Assembly: GCA_008080745.1 (NCBI GenBank)
Contig: SHMX01000006.1
Coordinates: 30,001 to 62,000 of the forward strand
Source of the DNA: Candidatus Thorarchaeota archaeon
GTDB taxonomy: Archaea > Asgardarchaeota > Thorarchaeia > Thorarchaeales > Thorarchaeaceae
Direction: 5' to 3'
Length of the DNA stretch: 32,000 nt
The notes under the pieces were generated by a model. The model saw only the letters and a program-made list of their open reading frames with translations, made no database searches and was not told the origin of the DNA. Numbering within the stretch: the first letter of the stretch is position 1; each line of letters begins with the position of its first letter. Shown here in pieces: positions 23,286 to 32,000 of this stretch. Made by a program: the position numbers and the translations under genes.

Positions 23286-24521
23286 TCATTCCAACTCGAA
23301 GGAATGTAATAAAGAAGACTCGCCATGTTCCAGAATCTCCATAATAACAGAAACAGCTCTTTGATTCAACTGAAGACGTTCTGCAATGGCAATAAGGTTA
23401 TTCAGGGTTATTTCACCCTCAATATTGTTTTCCAAAGACCGAATAGCTGCGTCGAAGGGGCGTGCTCTATGCCATGGTTGTTCCTGTATGTACTTGATGT
23501 GAAAAGAGATTCTTAGCAGGATTTCAATAATTACTTGATTAATACGAGGTACTCCTTCAATAGGCCACAGAGGAATTCTATAATCAGTATTGTATTCTCT
23601 ACATAATCGATATCCTTCCTTTATCACGTTAACTGGTAAGAGTTTGTAAGCTGGAGCTCCGTAAGGATCTTCGTTTTGGTAAACTCGCTCTATTAGAGGT
23701 CTATTATCAGGAAATCGCTTTCTAAGGACTGACATGAAGTAGTCTTTCTGACGACCTGGTTTCAGTGTCAGCCCACCCCATAGGATATATTCGCTTTTTG
23801 CTCTCGTAGCCTCCTCTGTTAGCCTTCTCATATTCTCTTCAGTATCACTAATACCCGGAATTAATGGCATGGCTGCTATTCCTCCATGCAGTCCAGCATC
23901 TCGAATCTCTTTCAAAGCTTCAAGGCGTTCATAAACAGTAGCAGATTTTGGTTCGAATACGTTCTTTGTTTCCTCATCCATAATTGTGACTGTAAAACCA
24001 ATATTTACCAAAGCACGGTCATGAATTTCCTTTAGCAGGTCGAGGTCTCGTAACACAAGATCGGATTTAGTAAGTAGGAAAATTGGCATCTCAAAATCAA
24101 GCATGACCTCCAAAATCTTTCGAGTGATTTTATGCTCTCTCTCAACATGTTGGTATGCGTCAGAAACCCCACCTGAAACCCCAATAATGAATTTAGGAGG
24201 ACCAGTCTCACGTAGACGCTTAGCATCTTCAGACTCGAGAAACGGAAGAAGACTCTCGGTTTCCATTTTAGATTGTGATGAAAACCCAAAAGATTCTAGT
24301 TCCTTCCTAACAATCTCAGGAGCATTTTCTTTGATTCGTATATGTGTTAGAAAGTTATCAACATGGTACGACTCGGACATGCCATCACAATAAACACAAC
24401 CAAATTCGCATCCCCGATATGGATTCATCGAATGAAGAGAGTTAAACCAATTGTCGACTCCCTTTTGTTTCGACATCATTGATTTTGCTCTGATACACTC
24501 GTATTTCATTTCAGAAACCAT
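23286..24521 (-). CDS. SplB/Rv2578c-like DNA-repair-type radical SAM protein with PolX N-terminal-like (HHH_8) tail
   Basis: Motifs include MNPYRGCEFGCVYC, SDAYQHVE, LLTKSDLVLRDLDLL, FEPKSATVYERLEAL and PLIPGISD. The start is uncertain (24509, 24521 or 24572). Confidence 0.85.
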   Translation of the reverse strand: MVSEMKYECIRAKSMMSKQKGVDNWFNSLHSMNPYRGCEFGCVYCDGMSESYHVDNFLTHIRIKENAPEIVRKELESFGFSSQSKMETESLLPFLESEDAKRLRETGPPKFIIGVSGGVSDAYQHVEREHKITRKILEVMLDFEMPIFLLTKSDLVLRDLDLLKEIHDRALVNIGFTVTIMDEETKNVFEPKSATVYERLEALKEIRDAGLHGGIAAMPLIPGISDTEENMRRLTEEATRAKSEYILWGGLTLKPGRQKDYFMSVLRKRFPDNRPLIERVYQNEDPYGAPAYKLLPVNVIKEGYRLCREYNTDYRIPLWPIEGVPRINQVIIEILLRISFHIKYIQEQPWHRARPFDAAIRSLENNIEGEITLNNLIAIAERLQLNQRAVSVIMEILEHGESSLLHSFELE

Positions 24522-24637
24522 GTCAGCTTGACCCATTATCAAATTAAGTAGTTCCATTTTGGATATATGCAAGAACCAAATAATGAAAACACAATTAACA
24601 AGGTCAGCTTAGAGGTCATACTAAGGGACAAGAGAAA

Positions 24638-25654
24638 ATGGATGAAACAAGATGTAGAGCTCGAGAAATTAGGCGAAAATTCTTCAAAGACAAGTACGAA
24701 ATCAGCATATCTCATGGTCTGAATGAAGAATTAGTCGAGGATATCCTAAGTGTAAGTCCAGAAGTTCACACTCTACATTTTGAATTGCTTGCGGACTCGG
24801 AGTTTGAAACCTCACTTCTACCAAAATTTAGGTCTCTCTTGCAAGTGGGAATTTGGACGGGTCATAGTCTAGAGTATATTGACCTGAATGGTATATCGGA
24901 TATCAAATCATTAGTGAAAATTGTCATCAGTGTACAACCAACTAAGGGATTAGATGAACTCGATATCTCTCCGCTAGGGGGACTTGAAAACCTAGAGATA
25001 GTAAACATTCTATGCCCTGTGAGGAAATTGATGGGGATAGATGAACTGAAAAAGTGTCCACAACTTCATTCACTACAACTTGCTTCATTAGATGTTAAAG
25101 GATTGGATCTCTCAGGTCTATCTGGTTCCAATCTCCAGAGTCTTCACATCAATGATGTAGGGCAACAATATCCAGAAGAACCCTACAAAATTGTGATACC
25201 ACAAGATACCCCCCTGAGTGAGGTAGTAGTTTCTGATTGTTATAGTCCTGATTTGAAGTTGGATATAGATTATTCATGGCTAGAAGAGAAAATAGCACTG
25301 GATCATATTGCAATAATCAATTGTAATCTAACCTCATTTGATTTACAAGTCTTATCATCACTGGAAAGGATTGGCAAGATTGACTTGACAGGAAATCAAA
25401 TCACTCATCTTGATATCACGTCGATAATTGAAATTCCAATGTTCACAGAGAACACTTTGGGCGAATCTGCGTTTAATATTGATGAAAATGTAGTTATCCA
25501 AATCTCAGTAAAAAAACAGGATACTATAAAATCCATCATCCAGAAACCTGACAAGGTAATAGAAGAGCACAAAGGTTACTTTTCCGTTATTCCAGAATTT
25601 GGTCACAAATGGCTGAAAAAGTTGATAGACAAGCATGATTTGGAATGGATTTGA
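24638..25654 (+). CDS. Leucine-rich repeat protein
   Basis: Repeats include YIDLNGISDIKSL, LDISPLGGLENLEIVNI, LKKCPQLHSLQL, LDLSGLSGSNLQSLHI and IGKIDLTGNQITHLDITS. Confidence 0.85.
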   Translation: MDETRCRAREIRRKFFKDKYEISISHGLNEELVEDILSVSPEVHTLHFELLADSEFETSLLPKFRSLLQVGIWTGHSLEYIDLNGISDIKSLVKIVISVQPTKGLDELDISPLGGLENLEIVNILCPVRKLMGIDELKKCPQLHSLQLASLDVKGLDLSGLSGSNLQSLHINDVGQQYPEEPYKIVIPQDTPLSEVVVSDCYSPDLKLDIDYSWLEEKIALDHIAIINCNLTSFDLQVLSSLERIGKIDLTGNQITHLDITSIIEIPMFTENTLGESAFNIDENVVIQISVKKQDTIKSIIQKPDKVIEEHKGYFSVIPEFGHKWLKKLIDKHDLEWI

Positions 25655-25736
25655 GGTGTTTAGTTATCTTCTATTAAATCATATCCCATAATGGAGAAGA
25701 AAAGTAAGAAAAGAGAGTCAAAGGACTCTCAATTCA

Positions 25737-26711
25737 TTATATTCCAGTAGGAGCGTCGCAAGTTTCTTCATCTGGAGTTTCAGCCACTATTCTTCCCCTG
25801 AGATAGTATTTGATAAGAGCAATTGGAATGATGATTATCAGCCAAATCAAGGCATCTCCAGCAACAGAGAGTGGAGTGTATGCATTAGGTTCGTTGAATA
25901 AGGTCATTCCAAGTTTTGCCATTTTTACTAGGGGAAAAACCAAGACAAGACCGAAGATTTGTTTGAGTTGGACTGCATTTACTTTACATGCAAGACGAGG
26001 ACCAATTTGGGCACCAATAATCATTCCAATTCCAAGTGCAAGTGCAAAGAATGGATCTATGAAACCCTGAGCATAATTCATAGCAGTCCCAGCAGAGGCG
26101 GTAAAGATCATTGTGAACATTGAGGTTGCCACTGCAGCATGCATGGGGAGACCCATAATGAGACTTAGTACTGGTACGACAATAACTCCACCACCCAGAC
26201 CTAAGAGCCCTGCTACAATGCCACCACAAAACCCACCAAATAAAGCAAACATTAGCTTGCGGCTTCCAATCTGTCCAAAATTAATTGCTTCTAATTGAGC
26301 TGTACGATCCACTGGTCCTTTCTTCTTAGCAAAGAGCATCTTCAAAGCGATAGGAAATAGTAAGATTGCGAAAATATACCGAAGTAACATCTGATCTGTA
26401 ATGAGAGTTCTGAGAAATACGCCAGTAAGAGAACCAGGTATTGTCGTTATGGCAACGAATAGCCCTGCCTTAGGTACAATAGGACGGGGTTTCTGTCTTG
26501 CGTAGGCAACAGTGCTAGCTGCTCCAACGCTTAGAGCTGCAACTAGAGCTGTAGCGGGGGCACTTTGTTCCGACAGAAAGAAGACAATAATCAGAAGAGG
26601 AGTATTGATGATACCCCCACCAATTCCAATCATTGATGAGATCGTTCCAACACCAATAGCAAAAATAATGATAGGGAGAATTTCAATGAAGATGTCTTGC
26701 AAAGTATACAC
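25737..26711 (-). CDS. TauE/SafE (sulfite exporter-like) permease
   Basis: Duplicated motifs SMIGIGGGIINTPLL and GLLGLGGGVIVVPVL, plus AVATS and GAQIGPRL. Multi-TM. Confidence 0.9.
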   Translation of the reverse strand: MYTLQDIFIEILPIIIFAIGVGTISSMIGIGGGIINTPLLIIVFFLSEQSAPATALVAALSVGAASTVAYARQKPRPIVPKAGLFVAITTIPGSLTGVFLRTLITDQMLLRYIFAILLFPIALKMLFAKKKGPVDRTAQLEAINFGQIGSRKLMFALFGGFCGGIVAGLLGLGGGVIVVPVLSLIMGLPMHAAVATSMFTMIFTASAGTAMNYAQGFIDPFFALALGIGMIIGAQIGPRLACKVNAVQLKQIFGLVLVFPLVKMAKLGMTLFNEPNAYTPLSVAGDALIWLIIIIPIALIKYYLRGRIVAETPDEETCDAPTGI

Positions 26712-26776
26712 TTCCTTGATTTTGCGTTTAAATCCTGTACTTAAGGGATAGGTTGTAGGTCATTTATTGAATTTTC

Positions 26777-27202
26777 TTATGGGGTTCTTCGAGTACCTAA
26801 ATAGTAACATCCCGCCATGAATATTAGAATACCAACAAAACCAACTCCAAGATATTGATCTTGCTGGGTTTGCGTGGGAGCAGTAAGCCCAAAAACAAGT
26901 CCAATAGCCAGAATGAGAAATCCAAAGAACATCACGATTCGTCCAGGCCGAGGGTCAAACGCAAGAAAATCAGGGGTATCAGGTTCTGGAGGTTTTTTTG
27001 GTTCTGATGGTTCGAGATCTTTACTGAAAAATCGTTCACCATCTTCCGAAAGTTTTCCATTTAGTTTTCCTTCATCAACAAGACGCTTCAATATAACACG
27101 CACTTCATCAGCAGGTATACCAAGACGACCACTCATAAGTTGAATAGAGCTCATTCGCTCTTGTTCAACCATTTTGATAACTTCTTCTTGCATTGGAATC
27201 AA
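26777..27202 (-). CDS. PCI/DDRGK-like winged-helix domain with two C-terminal TM helices
   Basis: SSIQLMSGRLGIPADEVRVILKRLVDEGKLNGKLSEDGERFF, then a Pro-rich linker, then two hydrophobic helices. The start may be ATG 27193. Confidence 0.65.
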   Translation of the reverse strand: MIPMQEEVIKMVEQERMSSIQLMSGRLGIPADEVRVILKRLVDEGKLNGKLSEDGERFFSKDLEPSEPKKPPEPDTPDFLAFDPRPGRIVMFFGFLILAIGLVFGLTAPTQTQQDQYLGVGFVGILIFMAGCYYLGTRRTP

Positions 27203-27239
27203 GGTATTCTAGGTAGAACAAGTACCTAAATATAACGGA

Positions 27240-27265
27240 AGAAGCCGCATTCTGTCACGGCTTCT
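27240..27265 (-). terminator. Possible hairpin downstream of the surface-protein gene
   Basis: AGAAGCCG (27240-27247) and CGGCTTCT (27258-27265) form an 8-bp stem with a 10-nt loop, 23 nt after the tandem TAG stops. There is no clean U-run. Confidence 0.3.
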
Positions 27266-27288
27266 ATTTCTTCAACAAGTGATTTCTA

Positions 27289-27927
27289 CTAGGTCTTTCG
27301 CATCCTAACTATTAGAATTGCTACAACAACCACACCAATTGCTCCTCCAATAGCAAGAATTGGTAATAACGTGTTTGAAGTAGTATAATCAAGTATTGTG
27401 ATTTCTTGTACATTAGGAATTCCAGAGATATTACTATAGGAGTAAAGGTAGGCTAATGCCCCACAATCTTTGAGATACAATTCAGAATAATTGTAGTCCA
27501 TGAAGTCTGAAGAGAAATAATAGCCAATCATTGTATCATTGTTGATAAGTTCAAAGTCTCCACCGCCACTGTCATAGAATACAATTTCTGACACCAACTC
27601 CCAATTCCCGACCGGTAGACAGAACCACTTATAGTTGAACGGTTGCACTAGTGTGTTATTCATGAAATAAGTGCTATATTCAGGCCGGGTCCAGAAGCTC
27701 GTTGAATTCAGATCAGAAGGTATTGGTATAATCTCATTCACTACTATATAATAATCGATATTGCTGTGCACACCATGAATATCAATCATATCCATATTAT
27801 AATCAAAACGTTGTCCTTAACTGACACCCCAATACAAATCATGATTGACTATCGATGTAGCTGAAACTGGTACAATGAGAGGGAGCACAAACATAGCTAA
27901 CGCTACAATACAGTATTTCTTATACAA
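27289..27927 (-). pseudogene. Secreted membrane-anchored surface protein interrupted by one in-frame TAA
   Basis: From TTG 27927 (GGAGA SD 10 nt upstream) the frame reads MYKKYCIVALAMFVLPLIVPVSATSIVNHDLYWGVS*GQRFDYNMDMID... The TAA is at 27817-27819 (codon 37) and the frame continues into the 168-aa ORF, which ends in a TM helix plus RMRKT. Confidence 0.75.
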
Positions 27928-28043
27928 GTTAATTAAATCTCCATAATAAGTAAACCATCGAAGTAAATGATACTTATTTTGAAAGAATATAAACAATAGC
28001 CCGAATCTGATTTTACATCCGGCATATTGTTTGAATATATGAA

Positions 28044-31000
28044 CTAAGATTCTCTTGCTAGTGTTCTTAATAGGCTCAGAAGGTAATCCCGTTTCTCACC
28101 CTGAGCTCTCTCTGCGGCTTCTCGAATGTCTTGAAGCAATACTTCATACATAACAGCAAATTCTTGCTTGCGACCGAATTTTGACATGGAATCCAATGCA
28201 ACTATAGCACCTTGAACTCGTCCACCAATGAACCATTGAGCTACTCTATGTCCTGCAGTAGATGGATCGGTTTCGAATGTCTTTGTTAGAAGTATTACAT
28301 CACGTATATCTGATTCACTGCCAGGATATTTCTCAAGATCCAAGCTGGTTTTTTTCCAACTTGATGAATCCTGTGTTAGTCCAGACCGAGTAGGAATACC
28401 AAAGGTAGAACTGGAACTCTCTTTAATTGGATGATGTGAAATGCCTCTTGATTGGCGGATTCTGTCAATATATTCTGGACCGAGTTCACCTAATACATAG
28501 AGAGGAAGGCCAGCCTTTTCACCAACCCTATATGCGGCTTCCTTGGCACCCGCTTTTTTGTAGGCAGTAAATGCCTTGGAGTATAACAACTCTGATTCAT
28601 ATTGATGTGCTTCCCTGAGTTTCTTAATCGCCCCAGATGTTCGAAAATGCACAATTCCAATAAGAACAAAAATAACTGGAAAAATGCCCAGTCCACCCAC
28701 TAGAAGATAGCTTGCCCAATGTGGACTGAATGATGCAGTGGTGTGCAATATCTGAAGTTCTGTGTTCGAAACAGGGTCAATCATACATATCTCAATTTCT
28801 TGAGTGCCAGTAGTAAATGACAGAGCTTCGAATTGGATTTCGAAATTATTCATTCCTGGTAGCAGGGTTACTTCATTTGTATAGACACTTGCATCATTAA
28901 ATCGGACATCAATGAAAACTATGTAATTCACATCATGATTATTTGATGCTTCGATAGTCATTAACCAAAAACCAGCCTGGACAGCTGTGGAAACTACAGC
29001 TCCTATCAACTCTACACTGAAATTCTCCAATAGGATGAGGAAGGTGCATTCTGTTGATTCTCCATGTTTAGAAAAGGAAACAAGATAATATCCATGCTCA
29101 GCACTGCTTGAGAAGTCTATTTCAGCTTGAGCAACCGTGGTACCATCTGAAGTTGCAGCACCGGATATTAATTGAGAACCTCCAATCTTGTCTACAGTGA
29201 ATTGATAGTCACCTGCTGCTGCATAGACGTTACCCACAGGATCTGCTATACCCATATCTAAGACATAGGTAGAGTTAGGGTGAACTTTCACAAGAGGTAG
29301 AGATGTGGGATGTGAAAGTCGGTCCACAACTGGATAGGGGTTAGCATCCCAGTCGTATATGCTAATTCCACTATCACCAAAAATAACGAACTGTTCAGCA
29401 CTAGCGCCTATGATGTGAATATTGGAACCAAGAATGTATGTATCATCAACATACTCTCCCGTTGAATAACAATGAGAGGTCTCATCTAGTGATAGAAGTA
29501 ATGCCTCTCCAAGTGTTAGATTCCAATCGATAAGATAGTCAGCTATGGCAGCTTCAAAACAGTCAGCTGGTCCGAGTAAAGTATCAGACCAAGATGACAC
29601 AACAGAGCCTCCCCCAGCTTCAAGAATCGTGGCAGGACAATAGCTTGATCCGACTTGGCATGCGTCAAGCATGGTAAACATGCCTCTCAAATCGTTGCTT
29701 CCAATTATATCTGAAGTGTTGTATCCGGTATAACTGTCATGAGAGGGTGCTACCATAGAATCCCCATCAGCATCTGGATGGGATGAGCTACCACCCGCCT
29801 CATAACCTCTGAAAGCATTGAAGTTCCACAGCGTCAAAACTCCATCATCAGAATACAGAGTATCACCGACTCCACCATGTGTCGAAGTGAACCAACAGTA
29901 GGGAGCAGATTCCAGAGAGGTAGTCACACTAGGGCCTACCTGCATGGTTGGGTTTAATCCTGCACTCCCAAATGTGCTATGGAATTGATTACTATTGTCA
30001 ATCGTTGCTGGATCATGATTGGCATTATAGACAGTTTGACCTTGTGAATAGATTAGGTAAGAACCCAAAGCATCTATGGATCGTGATGGTAACGTCTGGA
30101 GTGGAACTCTTAGCAAAGAACGCATTACCTGAACACACGTTGCATCAGCTGTGGCCGAGGGATAACGACTAGGAGTAGACCATCCTGAGATAGCTCTTTC
30201 AAAAGAAACAGGTAATGTTACTCCTGGTCCACGGAAAGGTCCTACAGTCACAACCTCATCAGGATGCTTAACCTGAGCAACATTTTTCATCCAGTCGCGA
30301 AACTCCATGGCTAGTTGGAACATAGCTCCAAAGGGAGGATTAATGTCCGTAAGCTCTAGAGATGTCCATACGTGTCGGAATGAAAAGACCGAGGTAAATG
30401 GAATCAGGAATTCTCTATGATAACTGATCTGCTCAGGAATTTGAGAGAGAGTCATTAGTTTCGAATTATTATAAGAGAATGGAACTACCGCCGCATGTTT
30501 TTGTGCACCAATAAGGGCTGATGGAGCAAAATAATCTCCATGACTATCAAAGAGGACGAAGTTTCCCTGATCAAGTGGATAATCGCGGACATTTGCCATC
30601 CATCTGTGCATACTAGGAATGCTATCTATCAGTTCAACTCGATTGGTAAGCATCTGCAATTTTCCAATTATCTGGTTTGGTATTTTCTTCATTGGATCTA
30701 CAAGATAGATACGACTAGGTTCTAAATTGGACAAACTCGCCATTGTCGCGGCAGGTAATGATGTACTATCATCAACATAGAGAATCGGTGAACCCGTATG
30801 GGAAGCTATCACTGCTGCATTCGAGCACGATAATTCACTTGCTAGCCATTTCTGATTGAGAGTCTGCTTGCTTATACTTAGGTCGTAAGAAACACTGAAT
30901 GATTCACCGCTGCCAACATACACCTTGTATGTCCCGGGTTCAGGATGGGCAAGAGAAGCTTGAATCGAATCAACTTCTCCAAATTCCGGATAATCTGTAA

Positions 31001-32000
31001 ACATCCAGTAACGATTTGTATCAAGTACTAATTGTCCAGATGGACCCAAGACATTCAAACCTACTAATCTCTCACCACCAGTAACATCAAGCGAGAAATC
31101 AATCCGACAATCTTCACCTGGTTCTACCGTGAATTCATAAAAATTCGCATCAAAGGTTTTGATTGTGAAATCTAAAGCAACATAACGACTATAATCTTCA
31201 AAATCTATGACATGTAAGAACCACGTATCACCATTGAATTCTTCATAGGGATAATAGACGGTATTCTCAACATAAGGATAGTCCATTTCATACCAATCTT
31301 CCCAGATTTCATTGTAACCATAACTGTTAGGAACATCGTATATGCTTTTCACAAGTAAATCAAAATAGAGCATAGGATCATCGTTTTCAAGAGTTACAGC
31401 AATTCCTCCACCCGAGGGTGTGATTGAATATTGATATTCCCAATTCCAGTATGAACTTGATTCACCATCATGGGTAGAGAGCGAATAACCCGATAAAGTA
31501 TCGCTACTAGTGAGAATATTGGTGGTTTCAAACATTTCTAGAGTAGGATTGGCATATGCAATCACAGCAGTATCAGTACCAACAAAGAAAGTATCTGCAA
31601 TCTCTGAAGCTACTGCATAAGGGTCAGTATTTGGAATGTTGTACACTTCGTTAGCGATTGAACCCAAATTCGCATAGACCGGATTAGCTGCTGTGCCGAT
31701 ATAGACGAGTTCACCTAATTGATTATCCAGAAGTTCAGTCCATTCTTCTATCGGCGTCTGAAAATTGGTTGAATGGTCGGGCAATAACATACCACTAGCT
31801 GTAAGATTGTTTCTCGATTGGATATTTAATGGGATAGAACTGATATAATTCAAAGCATCAATGTACTTTGAATTTGACTTACCTACTATGGTTGTGATAT
31901 CCATAGGGATATTTCCATCATAAGCTAACTGAGATTCGCAAAGAACCTCCTGAAAACTTATGTCAGAACTATGACTAGAATTAGGGATTGTAAGAGGAGA
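28044..32000 (-). CDS. Giant type-I membrane protein (5' end outside window): CW_binding_2-like repeats, PPC-like domain, peptidase C25 (gingipain)-like domain, Ig-like domains, TM, cytoplasmic helical domain
   Basis: The frame stays open from 31904 to the window end (checked codon by codon). Motifs include TDPYAVASEIAD, AAVIASHTGSPILYVD...LPAATMASL, PEPGTYKVYV, THGG (His at 29877-29879), LDACQVG (Cys at 29658-29660), TLGEAL and FVIFGDS. The TM helix lies at ~28645-28718. Confidence 0.8.
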   Translation of the reverse strand, partial: SPLTIPNSSHSSDISFQEVLCESQLAYDGNIPMDITTIVGKSNSKYIDALNYISSIPLNIQSRNNLTASGMLLPDHSTNFQTPIEEWTELLDNQLGELVYIGTAANPVYANLGSIANEVYNIPNTDPYAVASEIADTFFVGTDTAVIAYANPTLEMFETTNILTSSDTLSGYSLSTHDGESSSYWNWEYQYSITPSGGGIAVTLENDDPMLYFDLLVKSIYDVPNSYGYNEIWEDWYEMDYPYVENTVYYPYEEFNGDTWFLHVIDFEDYSRYVALDFTIKTFDANFYEFTVEPGEDCRIDFSLDVTGGERLVGLNVLGPSGQLVLDTNRYWMFTDYPEFGEVDSIQASLAHPEPGTYKVYVGSGESFSVSYDLSISKQTLNQKWLASELSCSNAAVIASHTGSPILYVDDSTSLPAATMASLSNLEPSRIYLVDPMKKIPNQIIGKLQMLTNRVELIDSIPSMHRWMANVRDYPLDQGNFVLFDSHGDYFAPSALIGAQKHAAVVPFSYNNSKLMTLSQIPEQISYHREFLIPFTSVFSFRHVWTSLELTDINPPFGAMFQLAMEFRDWMKNVAQVKHPDEVVTVGPFRGPGVTLPVSFERAISGWSTPSRYPSATADATCVQVMRSLLRVPLQTLPSRSIDALGSYLIYSQGQTVYNANHDPATIDNSNQFHSTFGSAGLNPTMQVGPSVTTSLESAPYCWFTSTHGGVGDTLYSDDGVLTLWNFNAFRGYEAGGSSSHPDADGDSMVAPSHDSYTGYNTSDIIGSNDLRGMFTMLDACQVGSSYCPATILEAGGGSVVSSWSDTLLGPADCFEAAIADYLIDWNLTLGEALLLSLDETSHCYSTGEYVDDTYILGSNIHIIGASAEQFVIFGDSGISIYDWDANPYPVVDRLSHPTSLPLVKVHPNSTYVLDMGIADPVGNVYAAAGDYQFTVDKIGGSQLISGAATSDGTTVAQAEIDFSSSAEHGYYLVSFSKHGESTECTFLILLENFSVELIGAVVSTAVQAGFWLMTIEASNNHDVNYIVFIDVRFNDASVYTNEVTLLPGMNNFEIQFEALSFTTGTQEIEICMIDPVSNTELQILHTTASFSPHWASYLLVGGLGIFPVIFVLIGIVHFRTSGAIKKLREAHQYESELLYSKAFTAYKKAGAKEAAYRVGEKAGLPLYVLGELGPEYIDRIRQSRGISHHPIKESSSSTFGIPTRSGLTQDSSSWKKTSLDLEKYPGSESDIRDVILLTKTFETDPSTAGHRVAQWFIGGRVQGAIVALDSMSKFGRKQEFAVMYEVLLQDIREAAERAQGEKRDYLLSLLRTLARES

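Noticed and set aside
9872-25654. TGA stops as selenocysteine read-through in the redox genes
   Set aside because: The TGA codons fall at natural C-termini (after NPGRWNL, after complete ferredoxin motifs) or overlap the next start codon. None sits at a conserved Cys position.
1-32000. CRISPR arrays, tRNA/rRNA genes, transposases, integrases
   Set aside because: I saw no regularly spaced repeats, no cloverleaf-like GC-rich segments and no recombinase motifs. The intergenic gaps are short and mostly explained. A tRNAscan/Infernal run would be needed to exclude small RNAs formally.

Overview
This is a gene-dense, AT-rich archaeal window. The gene content points to an Asgard archaeon, possibly Thorarchaeia (inference). 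It includes a Rab-like GTPase, longin-like domains, a PCI-like winged helix, 'IDLSPL'-type LRR proteins and a Tes/GDGT-MAS-like radical SAM enzyme. I saw no rRNA, tRNA, CRISPR array or mobile element. The most striking element is a minus-strand operon at 1793-4620. It encodes a Rab-like small GTPase, a small Zn-binding protein, a stand-alone longin-like protein and a ~15-TM protein that looks like two tandem 7TM modules. It ends in a perfect hairpin plus U10 terminator. A second gene (14371-15432) fuses a 7TM module directly to a longin domain, which suggests a membrane-receptor/longin/GTPase signalling module. Other notable genes are a 4xCBS-HPF/RaiA ribosome-hibernation-type protein, a divergent pair of paralogous winged-helix regulators around a palindromic site, and an SCP2/FAD-oxidoreductase/CCG Fe-S operon. 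There is also a DNA-repair-type radical SAM protein with a PolX-like helical tail and a giant membrane-spanning protein with a gingipain (C25)-like His/Cys dyad that runs off the window end. Two interrupted genes are not fully shown by the ORF track: an LRR remnant and a surface protein split by one TAA. All family calls come from motif recognition by eye. No database searches were run.
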